This document shows positions 24,502-38,366 of a stretch of DNA of 64,000 nt, in pieces. Source of the stretch: Octopus sinensis. Taxonomy: Eukaryota. Below the pieces are notes generated by a model, which was given only the letters and a program-made list of their open reading frames with translations, made no database searches and was not told the origin of the DNA. A program made the translations under genes and the position numbers. How positions within the stretch are numbered: the stretch's first letter is position 1; the number at the start of each line of letters is the position of its first letter. Location of the stretch: contig NC_043000.1 in the NCBI RefSeq assembly GCF_006345805.1, forward strand, positions 64,542,001 to 64,606,000, read 5' to 3'.

Positions 24502-25296
24502 AGGCGGCGAGCTGGCAGAGACGTTAGCACGCCGGGCGAAGTGCTTCGCGGTATTTCGTCTGCCGCTACGTTCCGAATTCAAATTCCGCTGAGGTCGACT
24601 TTGCCTTTCATCCTTTTGGGGTCGATTAAATAAGTACCAGTTACGCACTGAGGTCGATGTAATCGACTTAATCCGTTTGTATGTCCTTGTTTGTCCACTC
24701 TGTGTTTAGCCCCTTGTGGGTAGTAAAGAAATAGGTATTTCGTCTGCCGTTACGTTCTGAGTTCAAATTCCGCTGAGGTCAACTTTACCTTTCATCCTTT
24801 CGGGGTCGATAAATTAAGTACCAGTACGCACTGGGGTCGATGTAATCGACCTAATACTTTTGCCTGTCCTTGTTTGTCTCCTGTATGTTTAGCCCCTGGT
24901 TGACAATAAAGAAGTAAGAAACGTTAAGCACGCCGGGTGAAATGCTTAGCCGTATTTCGTCTGCCGTTACGTTCTGAGTTCAATTTCCGCCGAGATCAAC
25001 TTTGCCTTTCATCCTTTCGGAGTCGATAAATTAAGTACCAGTTACGCACTGGGGTCGATATAATCGACTTAATCCGTTTGTCCTTGTTTGTCCACTCTGT
25101 GTTTAGCTCCTTGTGGGTAGTAAAGAAATCGGTATTTCGCCCGTCGCTACGTTCTGGGTTCATATTCCGCTGAGGTCGACTTTGCCTTTCATCCTTTCGG
25201 AGTTAATAAATTAAGTACCAGTTGCGCACTGGAGTCGATCTAATCGAGTGGCCCCCTCCCCACAAAATTCAGGCCTTGTGCCTAGAGTAGAAAAAA
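24502..25296 (+). mobile_element. SINE family A tetramer with a 13-bp TSD
   Basis: One A-box head, four body units and tail II. ATATGTATTCTTT at 24488-24500 and 25297-25309. Confidence 0.9.
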
Positions 25297-25303
25297 ATAT
25301 GTA

Positions 25304-25678
25304 TTCTTTTACTTGTTTCATTCATTTTGACTGCGGCCATGCTGGAGCACTGCAAGAGTTTTTAGTTGAACAAGTCGACCCCAGGACTTATGTTTTAAGC
25401 CCAGTATTTATTCTATTGGTCTCTTTTTTTCGAACCGCTAAGTTACGGGTACGTAAACACACCAGCATCAGTTGTCAAGCGGTGATGGTGGACAAACACA
25501 GACAAAAAGACTCACACATATATATATGATTGGCTTCTTCAGTTTCCGTCTACCAAATCCACTCACAAGGCTTTGGTCGCCCGAGGCTATAGTAGAAGAC
25601 ACTTGCCCAAGGTTCCACACAGTGGGACTGAACCCTGAATCTTGTGACTGGGAAGTCAGCTTCTTACCACACAGTCAC
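25304..25678 (-). mobile_element. SINE family B, full length
   Basis: Tail, short microsatellite, core and head in order. Confidence 0.85.
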
Positions 25679-26169
25679 ATATTTGTGCATATTAATTACT
25701 AGTAGGGACACCGTATTTCGTTTTGTAAGCGTACAATACTACCAAGAATATCAAAGGCTTATAAGACAATACTGTGTCCTACCTGTGTTAGCAGTGCGAT
25801 TCAATCACTTTTTTTTATATAATGCATTTTTTAAAACTTATATTGTGTGGTCACATATATATGCAATGGATATGCAAGAGATCTGTGCAAATAAAGGGTA
25901 TGAGAAAATTCAATGAAATGTGCAGAAAAATTTGTTGACGATTACTTGAGAAATAATTAAGGATGGTTGATAATATGCGAAGAATTTTGTAGAAAAACAT
26001 CCCCTCCTAATTATTCAACAATTTGTTAGACAATTGCTCGGTAATTATATGTTATCTTGTTGGTAGTCTATTAGAGTTTATATTACTAATAATCAGGATG
26101 TGATGATACTGATACTTGAGACAGTAGTAATAATAGAAATAATGATTCTAAAGTAATAACAACAGCAAT

Positions 26170-26327
26170 AAGGATTTCAAATTTTGGCACAAGGCCAGCA
26201 GTTTTGTGAGAGAGGACAAGTCGATTATGTCGATCTCCATACTTATTTTATCGACCTCGAAAGGATGAAAGGTAAAATCGACCTCGGCGAAATTTGAACC
26301 CAGAACGTGAAGATGGACGAAATACCA
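26170..26327 (-). mobile_element. SINE family A, 5'-truncated
   Basis: Tail plus GAAAGGATGAAAGGTAAAATCGACCTCGGCGAAATTTGAACCCAG. Confidence 0.75.
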
Positions 26328-26349
26328 TAATAGTAATAATAATAACAAC

Positions 26350-26830
26350 AACATTTTTGTCTTCGTATAAAAGATGGGCTACAGCAAATATTCTGCTCAA
26401 TATCACAGACTTACTTGTCAGCTGTTTGACCATAACCAGTTGAGCATTTGCTTTGGTGGCTGACGATATTGGCATCTCTGAACACGAGCAGAGTAGTGGG
26501 ATAGTATCATAGCCATGTGTTGAGAAGGATTCCTTGGGGTTTGAATAATTCACCTCTGGAAACATGGGTGTTTTGTTCATCATCCTTAAACAAACCTTAT
26601 TCAGGGACCTTTTGAGTGGGATGAACTACTCGACCTGAAGTAATGACTGGGCCCCGGTCAGAACAGCAGGGTCATGCGCTGTTTATCTTGATATGAGATC
26701 ACCATGTCAGCACATATGGTTGTGATGTATGTGCCTGGTGTGCCCTTATCAGACGGGTTGTCATGATGGGTATACTGGGCTTCGTACATATTACCCCAGT
26801 GTCACTTGGCATGCACTGCTCTCTCACTCA
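26350..26830. repeat. Probable unclassified interspersed repeat between (AAT/AAC)n tracts
   Basis: Higher-GC block sharply bounded by simple repeats. Single copy here, so repeat status is unproven. Confidence 0.3.
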
Positions 26831-26849
26831 ACAACAACAATAACAACAA

Positions 26850-28190
26850 CAATACTGAAGTTTTTATTTGCCACCGGGTAACGGACGAGCAGGACGATAA
26901 AAGGACATACATAAAATCGAATGATAACAAAATGTATCAAAAAATTTAAGTATGCATGTTAACAAAGCATTAAAAAAATGCAATATACTTTATACAAGAG
27001 GAGGTCTAGGGCCAATCAAAGAACCTCACAATCCCAAATCTTCCTAGACTCCAATGTAAGTAATTTCTCTAACTGTCGTTCGGTCCCAGCATCCAAGTGA
27101 ACTGGAAATCAAAACCGAACCAAATCTCAAGCATTTTAACTGGTCCAATGCCCCATCATACCGTCCAACGACAACGATATACCTCTCCGGTTACCGAGTT
27201 GCAAGCCCACCGACTTTCCTGGATTGATGTTTGTCCCTGCAAAAATCGTATTTCAGAGCAGCACCGACCAACATCATTTCGGGTAGCATAAGACATCATG
27301 ACTGATTTTGTCTGCATTTGCCGCCATGGCCGTCCTTCATTCCAGTTCGATCGAAAGGGATGTCCCTCAACAACTCGAGCTTTGTAGCTCGAGAGACAAG
27401 CACAAACAAAAAAAGGTGAAAGGGGATATGCCTCACGAACCGAGCATGCCATGCGAAACGGATTAAAGAGGTGGTCGTTTCCCGAGCAGATGCTATTGTT
27501 CACTACAGCAATCCAACTTGTGAGCAAGAGCCTGAAACTAGCCACTTCCAGCACAGTTGCCAGGTAACGATGATCGATATTATCGAACGCTTTCGACTGA
27601 TATAAATTGATCAAGGTACCAACGAAAATAGCTTGATTCCCAACCCACTTTATGGTATATTGCATTAGAATGGAATGTTGTGGGTGGACTTCTTCGGGAT
27701 TGCGCATATATGCACTTCTGAAGCCAAACAACCGACGACAAAGCTCCACTCTTTTTGCTAACTTCTTGGCCAGTCTTAAACTCTGCGTTCAACAGAGTTA
27801 TATTATTGGCCGAATGTTGTCTAATACTGCCCTCTTGTAAGCAACTTTAATCAGCAGTGTTACCTGTCCCTGGATCACAAGATAGGGAATTCTTCAATTA
27901 TCAGTTGCAGTAGATATCTGGCAAGATGTCTCCAGATAAGTCTGGAATGAACCATAAAATTCCTAAGGACCCTACAAAAGTGGAAATTTGCGCCTTATGC
28001 AACCATTTATCACCTTTTGTAATTCAGTGGCTGTTATCGGCCTTTTGCAGAATCTCACGTTTTCTGTGGAAAGTTGTAACAGACCATCGATATTAAGTAG
28101 TTGAGTCCTTTACTATCTCCGATTCGTCGCTCGTTCCAAAAACAGCGTACACGCATCTGCTTGGTGTTGTGGTAATAATGATATCAACAA
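26850..28190 (-). mobile_element. L1/Tx1-type LINE ORF2 (reverse transcriptase) relic
   Basis: Frameshifted CKRPITATEL, NIRPI/TLLNAEFK, LINLYQSKAFDNIDHRYLATVLE, SVREAYPLSP correspond to L1-clade RT motifs (LD..KAFD.VDH; GVRQGCPLSP). Internally deleted toward the 3' end. Confidence 0.8.
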
Positions 28191-28526
28191 CCATGGTTGT
28201 AATTGCTATTAAGGAATTTAGTGTTTATCTGTGTCATATAGCTTTGATCTTTTTCAAAAGACATTTAGGTCTGCGCATGCAGAACAAGATCAGTACAAGA
28301 TTTTAACGTTCTAAACTTACCAAAAGTAGAGCAACGTAGCTAATTTCTCTGTGATACGTAGGTTAGTCGAAACTAACAGCAGTATGAGCTATCTACTCGT
28401 TTCTGATGTACTTGGTGACATCCTTGGCTCATACATTCAGAAACGGCATTCCACTCTGCCTAACAGTGTTGAGTAATTGTTCGTTTAATTGCAAATCATA
28501 TCCTTTGAAAATCGTTAGCCACTGTG

Positions 28527-28580
<54 letters not shown>

Positions 28581-28588
28581 CATACATG

Positions 28589-28619
<31 letters not shown>

Positions 28620-29633
28620 ACATGTGTGTGTGTGTGAATATGTATGTGTATATATGCATATGTTTGCATGTGTATATATGTATGTCTGTGTGTTTCTATG
28701 AAATAATTAAAAATACACATTAAGTACAGGACTTAACCAGTGAGTGAAAAATACGTAAGCACACAATAGATAAATACAGGACAAATACAAATAAAAAAAA
28801 GCATTAAGTACAAGATATCACCAACGAGTGAAAAATACGTAAACACACAGATAAGTACAGGACAGAATACCAAAGGTAGTCTAACTCCTCCCCAGTTGTC
28901 GACTGTTTATTACTACCTGTTTCGAGCTTTCATGTATGTATGTATTATATTTATATGTAAGTGTGTGTATGTATATATAACTGCGGTGAATTTGCCTTTA
29001 GAAGTTGAAACATGTTACAAACATATGTTTGCGTATTTATGTTTGTCATTGTTCAGTTTTATTTCAAGATTTCTTGCCAATAGAGAAAGAGCAGGTTTCT
29101 AACCTAGATTCAAGGCTCCTTCATTGGAATTTCACCATCAACAACAGAATATTTTTGTTTGTATGTATGCATGTATGTATGTATATGTACAGATTTGTAT
29201 GCTTTCTGTATGTATTCTCATGCATATAGTTGCATATCATGTATATTTAAATGATAAACTTCTGGAAAGTTTTACAGACTTATACAGTTCCAGTGATGGA
29301 TTGAATCTGTATGTATGTATGTATGTATGTATGTATGTATGTATGTATGTATGTATGTATGTATGTATGTATGTATGCATGCATGCATGTATGTATGTAT
29401 GTATTATATTTATAGGGAAGCCGCATAGTCGAATGTTTAAGAAGTTCGGTTCCCAATCATGAGATCGTAGGTTCAATGTAATTTCATAGCATCTTGAGCA
29501 AAGGTCTTTTAGCATGGGCTCGGGTCAGTTAAAGCCATGTGAGGGTAACTGTAGATAGAAACTTCCGAAATCCCGTCCGATGGATTGTATATGTAATTTA
29601 AAGTTCCAGTCTTATTACACTGTGTTCCGCTGG

Positions 29634-29920
29634 CGAATTCTTTTCCCACGAGAATTCCGGACCCTAGTTATGAACTCATTTGCATACAGCAAATCAGAGC
29701 TCAACTATCAAGCTAATTTATGAGCGCATAACAAGTGATGGGCGATAAGATAAGATCACTTGGGTAAGGAATGATCATGCTTCTTTTCTCTTTTAAGAGT
29801 GCTTTTTGTTCTTGTTCTTGTTTCAACCATGGCTGCTTCTGCATAGTTATTTGTGTTGTTGTTTACTTTGTAAAGCTGTAAGACGAGAGGGTTGCTAGCA
29901 CATCGCCCTCTACCCACAAA
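29634..29920. mobile_element. Partial inverted copy of the 4991-5500 element
   Basis: Reverse complement of ~5220-5500 (e.g. CAACCATGGCTGC, GAGCGCATAACAAGTGAT, GTTGCTAGCACATC). Confidence 0.75.
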
Positions 29921-30045
29921 CCGTCAAAAGCGTCTTTATTTTTATGTTTTTTTATCATTTATTCTTAGTGTTGCTTAATATGTTTTGCTAAAATTGCTGT
30001 TTCTTTTCAGATAACATCAGAAAAAGGTAATTAAAATTCATTAAA

Positions 30046-30537
30046 ATGACTGATCTATCGGACTTTCAAAGAGGTCAAATTGTTGGTGCTCGTATGGCAA
30101 GCGCTAGCGTAACAAAAACAACTGAAATGTTTAGTGTATCAAGAAGTACTGTCTCGAAAGTATTGACAGCCTTTGAGAAAGAAGGAAAAACCTCCTCGTC
30201 GAAACAAATCTCCGGAAGAAAACCAAAACTTTCATACAGGGACTGTCGAACTTTTACGCGAATTGTTAGAAAGGATCACAAAAGCGCCTCTGTCAAAATT
30301 ACTGCAGAGCTTAATGACCACTTCGAGAACCCAGTTTCCACAAAAGCTGTTCCCTTGCAAAGCGTTTAGAGTGGAGTAAAAACCTACAGAATTGGCCCCT
30401 AGAGCAGCGGAAGAATGTTATTTTCTCGGTGTCATCCATTACCTTATTTCCAACCATCGGCCAAGTATACATGTGGAGACAGCCAAAAAAAGGATCTAAC
30501 CCAGACTGCCTTCTTCCTGTTAAACATGGAGGAGAAG
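30046..30537 (+). mobile_element. Tc1-like transposase 5' fragment
   Basis: MTDLSDFQRGQIVGARMASASVTKTTEMFSVSRSTVSKV..SGRKPKLS is a typical Tc1 HTH. Downstream frameshifted LFPTIGQVYMWRQPKK..PVKHGG. Confidence 0.85.
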
Positions 30538-30559
30538 GTCCCGAAATGCTGTTAATGTT

Positions 30560-30632
30560 GTCTGTCGCTGGAACTGGTTGAGTCGCTGGAACTGGTTGTG
30601 TCACTGGAACTGGCTGTGTGTCGCTGGAACAT
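30560..30632 (-). repeat. 18-bp minisatellite, about four copies, reading TQPVPA
   Basis: GTCGCTGGAACTGGTTGA-type units. Confidence 0.8.
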
Positions 30633-31012
30633 GGCTGAGTAGCTTTGTGGTCAGAGGTTAGTCCTAAGAAGGACTAGAACCAAAGACAAGTAACCGTTTG
30701 TCGTGACTAACTTTTAAAGGGTTTAGGTGGCTCAAACAAAGCATTTAGAAGACTGTGTCACGGGACCTTATCCGAAGGTTGCGATTGGTTGGTTTACACA
30801 TTGTCGCGAAATAAAGCAAGAGACAAACTGCACCAAAACCAACCAATCAGAGTAGCGGACGCAACTGGGCCTAAGTATCCGAAGATTAAATGTTATCTGC
30901 TACGTCCGTATTTGTGTTATATATGTCAGAGAGAGAGGATTTCACTAAGGGTCCGCTACACAGACATAGATAAATATTTCACTATCTATCTACATGTACA
31001 CACAAACACACA

Positions 31013-31061
<49 letters not shown>

Positions 31062-32325
31062 AAATAACATACGTATTGATAATTAGTAATTTACATAGAT
31101 GTGTATGAGTGATATAATTTTAGTTAGTGTGCGTGAACGACCAACAGCAATAACAACACAAACGCAGATGTGTGCACACTCACACATGCACACACACATA
31201 TACACTTTTGTGTGTCAAACTACAACTTTTAAACCCAACTACTCACTTAACTTTGACTCTTTTCTTTCTTTTCATTCCTATTGGTTTATGCAGAATCTTA
31301 TTTGATATATAATAGAAGCAGATAAGCATCACCTTCGAGTAGGGTTATCTGCTGAGTCACTAACCAGTGGTTTAAGATAAATATATTACTGAAAGAAACG
31401 AAACATAATACCAACGTACAGCTTGCTCATTAAAGAAAACATTCAAAGTTAAATAGATTCTGTTTAGAGTGTTTTTGTATCTGGCTTTTAATAGCTCTTA
31501 TTACAAGAGTTGTTAGAGCGGCATATTAACACAATCGATTGAACGACGCCAAAAATGCATTACGGTATTTATTTATATGCCTTTTAGTTCTTAGAAGAAA
31601 TTTTGCAAAGGTCAATTTTGTTTTTCATCCATCCAAGGTCAATGAAACACCGGTTAACTACTGATATCAGTTAAATTGACTCGCCCTTTATTGCTCGATT
31701 TGTAGCGACCTTATACAGACGACGTTTTAGTTTCATTTGTCACTTGTATTATTTTAGCTAATCACAGGATAGTAATCTGCTATGCATAACTCATCGTGAT
31801 TTTATCTTCTGTGTTATGGTATGAGGCGTAACTTGTGTGTGTGACACCCGGAGAAGCTCTAGAATTTGCCGATTCACTCCGCAAACAGCCTATATAAGCT
31901 TATACACCGGACCCAAAAGCGGTCCCCTTATAAAAGCATCGCTCGGGGCAGACTGCTCCCTCTACCCCAACCCAAGCTACTCTACTGGTTTTGTTGATGT
32001 TGTTGAACTTGATTACTGGTTATGTTTGATATTTACTGATGTTGTTGTTAAGAAAGTAGGCAGTCTATTTGGTAACTACTACAAATAAGGCCGATGTAGT
32101 GGAGCCATGTTTCTAAGCGACTTAAACAGAGGGCTGGAATAATTGTGCAGCAGTGTCAAGAGAATGGTAAGAGAATTTGAGGGGGTGGGGTAATTTCATT
32201 TACATATGGAATTGCCTTATATTTTGTGAAAGTATGGGATGGTCTAGGTTGAAAAGAATAGACGAGAGGACAATATTTTGTGATACTTCATTGAAGAAGT
32301 TGACGATTCTGAAAGCGCTATTTTC

Positions 32326-32826
32326 TACCGTAAATCCTCAAGTATAGTCCGCTCTTGAGTATAATACGCAGGGGATTTTTAGGGGGCTGTAGCTCTGAAA
32401 AACCTAAACCTTGTGTATAATACGCACTACTTCTCTAACTTGAGTCATGCGTAATTAAGCCAGCAGCATCTAGTCGAACAAACACTTCCGCGCATGCGTA
32501 ATACAATAATGGGAATGTAAATATGCTTGCAAATTGTTTTTGTTACATCCTATTCTGTGTTCTAAATACTTTTATTTTAATAAATGTTGCTTACTGCAAG
32601 TTATGGATGATTCTTTTATGACTTCATTGCTTTCAGGCTTAGCTTAAGGTATTTTCGCGCCCGACATCACAAAGTGCATTTGAATAAACATTGCCGGACA
32701 GCAAATAGAGACTCGGACATTGCTTAGAAAATATTTTTTTTTTAAACCTCGTATATAGTACGCACTGGGGATTTTGACCTTTAAATTTTGGGGAAAAAAT
32801 GCTGTTATACTCGAGGATTTACGGTA
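32326..32826. mobile_element. pogo-type MITE, inverted family copy of 15994-16469
   Basis: TA-CCGTAAATCCTCAAGTATA...TATACTCGAGGATTTACGG-TA. Confidence 0.85.
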
Positions 32827-33187
32827 TACATCACATAGGCATAGGAGTATGGCAGGTTGATTTGCTAGCCAACAGTTTCTGCTTTCTCTTAGAGCGGTGT
32901 CAAGTGAGATGAAACCGGTATGGATAACGGAAAATAGAAACAAAAGCTATGCCGATGTCAATAGATGATACATTATATGAGTGCGTCTTTGTGTATCCTT
33001 ATCTTTTACCATTTGAAATGCGATGTTTGCTTACTTTCATGTAACTTTGTGGTTCGGCAAAAGAATCAAAATAATTACTGGGTAGATTTGGTAGACGATT
33101 TGGTTGCCGAAACCCTTGAAGGCGATAATTCATCATTCTGCAATCAATTGACTGAAACAAGTAAAAATAAATTAAAGTCTAAAAGAA

Positions 33188-33505
33188 TGTGGTAAGAAGC
33201 TTGCTTCCCAATCACATGGTTCCGGGTTCAGTCCCACTGCGTAGCACCCTGGGTCGACCAGAGCCTTGTAAGTGGATTTGGTGGATGGAGACTGAAATAA
33301 TGTGTGTGTGCGCGCGCGCGCGCGCCTTTATAACCGGTATTGGTGTGTTTACGTCCCCGTAACTTAGTGGTTCTGCAAAAGAGATCAATAAAACATGTAC
33401 CGAGCTTTAAAAAATAAGTACATGGATCGAATCATTCGACTAAAGATCCTTCAAGGCGGTGCCCCAGCATGTCCACAATCTAATGACTGAAACAAGTAAA
33501 AGATA
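33188..33505 (+). mobile_element. SINE family B with internal deletions
   Basis: GGTTCCGGGTTCAGTCCCACTGCG head, core and tail GACTGAAACAAGTAAAAG. Confidence 0.8.
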
Positions 33506-33607
33506 ATATATATATGTAGTGAAAAAGTTCGAGAAAAAAATTCTACTTCGTGAATTGTACTACAAAGTTTTAGTAAAATAGAAGTAAAATGAAAATATTT
33601 TATGTTG

Positions 33608-33643
<36 letters not shown>

Positions 33644-33989
33644 TAAATATGTTTTAGGGGAGGTAGTCAGTGATTACTATTAGTAGAAGCAAGAGAAGTA
33701 ATTACCTTTTTTGGGTGGGTGGAGTAAATTGATTATAAGTAGATTATACTCCGATCGTTTACAAAGCATCTGTTCTACAACTAGCATGGAAGGAGAACTT
33801 ATTACGATAACAAGAAATAAAAACATTATCACTATTAAGTCATGATTACCATAAGCGAAACCGGTTGACTAAGTAAATATTTTATTTCATAAAACTACAC
33901 ACAGATACATGCGCGCACGCACACATACACTCACATACACACATTTCCAACATAAATTTTTTTATTCATTATCCTTCTATTTATATTTT

Positions 33990-34290
<301 letters not shown>

Positions 34291-34654
34291 TATAGTAACA
34301 GCGCTGGAGTTACGTTTCTGAAAATAAAGCGTTAAAAGGAACAGTGCTGTATGAGATCATTATAACATAAATAAAGATACGAGATCGATAGGCTAATTTT
34401 AACAATAGTGCGAAGACAAACGAAGGAAGATGATAAACATCTTCTCTTCAAACAACTGAGAAATCCAAGAACTTGCTGCTTCATTCTCCAAACATTTAAT
34501 AACTTCAGATAATTTCATACAATATGATGTTACATATTATAATCTAAAGTTATGATAAATTATAATAAATACCAACATAGGTTCGAAACAAGCCAGCTAA
34601 TCCCCCTTTTTATGTCCTCATAGATATTGTATTCTGCATCCAAACAAGGTACTT

Positions 34655-35093
34655 ACATTGGTTTACGGTCGTAAAAATGTGAAAGTAAATTGTCCTAAAA
34701 TGTGAAAGTAAACTGCAATAGAAACTGGAAGTGACGAGAGTAATATCCCCAAAATACTCTCATTATGTCACATCAACATGCATCTACATGTATAGCGTAT
34801 TTTAATGATGTGTTAAGTATTTCAGAAAAATCAGCTTAAGTACAACGTTCCAATATGCTATACAACGAAGACCACTGAGAAATGTAATTGTTTTCATCTC
34901 ATATAAAATATATGTACGGTTTTTATGGTATATTAAATATGTGTACGCTCTATACATTGGTAACGTCAAATTCATTGTCTACATGAAATTATGGGGTGCC
35001 ATTGACGTCACTTCCACTTCCTATCACAATTTACTTTTTTTTTTATTTTAAGGACAATTTACTTTAACCTTTTTACTACCGTAAACTACATGT
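34655..35093. mobile_element. MITE with ~85-bp imperfect TIRs
   Basis: GTTTACGGTCGTAAAAA..AAAGTAAATTGTCCT..GGAAGTGACG pairs with CGTCACTTCC..AGGACAATTTACTTT..TTTTTACTACCGTAAAC. Confidence 0.65.
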
Positions 35094-35133
35094 TAACCTT
35101 TATATTCATAGATACAATATTGATAACTCTCCA

Positions 35134-35331
35134 AAGCAGCGAGCTAGCAGAAACGTTGGCACGCCGGGCGAAATGCTTAGCGGTCTTTCGTCTGTCCTTA
35201 CGTCCTGAGTTCAAATTCCGCCGAGATCGACTTTACCCTTCATCCTTTCGGATGCGTACTGGAATCGATCTAATCGACTGGCCTCTCCCCTTACCAAAAA
35301 AATTTCGGGCCTCGTGCCTAGAATAGAAAAG
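35134..35331 (+). mobile_element. SINE family A monomer with TSD
   Basis: AATATTGATAACTCTCCA (35116-35133) / AATATTGATAAATTTCCA (35332-35349). A-box, B-box and tail II present. Confidence 0.85.
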
Positions 35332-36320
35332 AATATTGATAAATTTCCATCGATCTGTTCTGTAGTGCAACATAGTATTGAAACAAAACATTAAGAATGC
35401 ACCTACGGTTTACGAATAGATTTATCAAGAATACATTATATTAATTTATTTATTCAGTTTATTTATTCAATTTATCCAATTTATTTATTCACCCTTAGTA
35501 ACAACAGGTTTATTAGCAGTGATTTTGTGAACAGTTCAAGAAGGCGTAGTGGATCTTGTAGGTATGAAGTGGATTCGATCCACCATAGCCAAATTTAAAT
35601 TACCACTTCAACAGAACTTTTCTCATAGTGGAACAATAGTTTTTTTTTTATGACAACAGTTTTACATTTTCCAGATGCCTTAGCTAGGCCGAAATAATGT
35701 TTTCACCACTTGACCCTTCTAACCTCTCCTAGACCATCAAAAGCTAGAATTAAGATAACAAGTACCACCAACTAAATCCATTGTTCTCAATGATATGTCT
35801 ATCCTTCTGGATAGTTATAAAAGCAAGAGCCCTAAGCAAAAATCAGTTAATCACTTGCTAATAACTCAGTTAGTCGGCTCGTGATAACTCGATCAGTTAG
35901 TTAATGAATGACAACTCGAGTCAGAGACAGCTACCATCAGTTAGAATCATGATCACAAGCAAGGCAGCGACTAAAGACAAATAGTGAAATGAAATTTACT
36001 GTTAACAACTGAGACCCAACTTCCCACACTCTCACCTTCACTAACTCACTTTGTCTTCTCTACACATTACCATATCTCTCTCTATGGTTTACTACTACAA
36101 TAAGAACATACTTCTTTAATAAGAACACTGGCCGATTTTACTTCGCACGCTCTAGGATTTTATCACCTGCCTCTCGAGGTAAGGTATTGGTATAATGTAA
36201 CGGTAAAATAATATTTCCTTAAAACTTCATGCATTTTTCATCATTCACATCTTATAACATGCCGTTGCAATAAATTTCAAACGTTAAAAAACTAAAACTC
36301 AACTCGTTACAAAGGTATTC

Positions 36321-36497
36321 AGGCGTGACTGTGTGGTAAGAAGTTCATTTCCCAACCAGATCGTTCCGGTTTCAGTCCCACTGCGTGGCAGCTTGGGCAA
36401 GTGCCTTCTACTATAGCTCCGGACTGATTAAAGCCTTGTGAGTGGATTTGGCTGACAGAAATTCAAAGAAACCCGCCGCGTGTGCGTATGCATGTGT

Positions 36498-36528
<31 letters not shown>

Positions 36529-36720
36529 ATGCGCGCGTATGTATATAGATAGAAATGTCTGTCTGTATGTCTGTATATATATGTGTGTCTTTGTGTGCGT
36601 GTTTCTTTCTATCACCGTTTGACAACTGGTGTTGGTTTGTTTACGTCCCTGCAAACTAGAGGTTCGGCAAAAGAAACCGACAGAATATGCACCAGGCTTA
36701 CAGAGATAATTACTGGCTCA
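36321..36720 (+). mobile_element. SINE family B, 3'-degraded
   Basis: Head, CAGTCCCACTGCGTGGCAGCTTGGGCAAGTG core, microsatellite and partial tail. Confidence 0.8.
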
Positions 36721-37511
36721 ATTAGTTCGATTAAACACTTCAGGATGATGCTCCTGAAAAATATATTTAAAGGTAAAGGACTAAAACTAGTCCACCAGGA
36801 TATGACGTTGTATATACAGATAAAGTATTTAAATATGTCTATATATATATATTGGCTAAAATCTATAAATATATTCCATAGAAAGTACACCTCCTTGACT
36901 TAAGGCCTATGCGACTTACGACCATCCACACTTACTGCCACAATAAATAAATAAATAAATAATCGATTTTCGGACGTTGGGCAGCTGCGCGTACGATAAC
37001 TTTGGCAGCATCTAGCAACACAGGTCTCCCTCAAACCCAGGCATCCACTGTCCAACGCATCCAATGTCGAACGCTTTGCAAGTTGGTGTGTTGTTATTGT
37101 AAGATATAAAAAAAAAAAAAAAAAAAAAAACTATTCAAACGAAGCTCATCATATTTCTCGAAAACCCAAAAATATCAGTGTGAAGACTAAAAATTTATTT
37201 TCAGTTGCACTTTTTTTTACAGGAACAATTTTTTTCTATCGTATGTATACGGAATTTCAGTTGTATTATTTTTGCATTAATTTTATATTGTATTTTTGTT
37301 TACAGTATAATAGAGTATATATTATGTTCTTTTCACATTATGTACAATAATAATGGATTAAGTTTTTGTGTTTTATATTTTTATAACCCGGTTGAATGAC
37401 AATAGTGTTGAAAAATATAAATTCGACATACGACCAGATTGACTTACGACCTGTCAGTCGGAATGGAACTCGGTCGTAAGAAGAGGAGATGGTGTATAGT
37501 TAGCTTAAAAT

Positions 37512-37637
37512 AATACACGAATAAGTTATCTTCTGTTTAAAACAATACACGAATAAGTTATCTTCTGTTTAAAGCAATACACGAATAAGTTATCTTCTGT
37601 TTAAAGCAATACACGAATAAGTTATCTTCTGTTTAAG
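37512..37637. repeat. 32-bp tandem repeat x4
   Basis: AATACACGAATAAGTTATCTTCTGTTTAAA(A/G)C, nearly identical copies. Confidence 0.95.
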
Positions 37638-38019
37638 AATCTACATTCGTGGTTAAATTTTCGATAAAACGAGGCAGTCTTCGCATTTGCCAACTTTTCT
37701 TTCGTGTGTTTCACGCCATTAACATACTTAATTAATTTCCAAATGTTTTAACAGGCGAATTCTTTTCTCTGATTTTTAAAACTTTTTAAAATTTTTGTTT
37801 TGTTTTGTTTTGTTTCTTAATTTTCCTCAACAACAATACTATAATTTATTTATTATTCTTTCTGCTAAACATATCAAGGCAGAGACAAAATGATCCACTT
37901 TCAAAAATAATTGTCCTGTACTATCCTTGCAGAAGTAGACCATGAAGCGAAAAGCGTACTTACTTCTGAATTACATAAATATATTACTCTTTTGATAGAG
38001 CCGCTACTTGGTCGATCGC

Positions 38020-38366
38020 TTCAGTCATTTGACTGGGGCCATGCTGGAGCTCCGCCTTAAAGAGTCTTAGTCGAAGAAGTCGACTCCAGAATGTTGTAAG
38101 CCTAGTGCTTATTCTATCGGTGTCTTTTGACGAACCTCTAGGTTACGAGGACGCAAACACACCAATATCGATTGTCAAGCAATGGTGGGGGAACAAACAA
38201 AGACACAAAGACACACACACAGTCTCCGTCAACCAAATCCACTCACGAGGCTTTGGTCAGCCTGAGGCTATAGTAGAAGACACTAGCCCAAGGTGCCATG
38301 CAGTAGGACTGAACCTGAAACCATATGGTTGTAAAGCCAGCTTCTTACCACACAACCACGCCCGCG
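38020..38366 (-). mobile_element. SINE family B
   Basis: Tail, core and head matches. Confidence 0.8.

Noticed and set aside
31315-31420. CTGCTGAG..CGAAAC with hairpin
   Set aside because: Spacing and pairing are incompatible with a hammerhead.
31880-31945. Two TATA-like boxes
   Set aside because: Common in AT-rich DNA, with no downstream gene evidence.
35490-36200. Possible solo LTR
   Set aside because: No TG..CA termini in the correct orientation and no TSD.
37512-37637. CRISPR-like 32-bp repeats; the SINE-A arrays were also considered
   Set aside because: No unique spacers, no cas genes, eukaryotic context.
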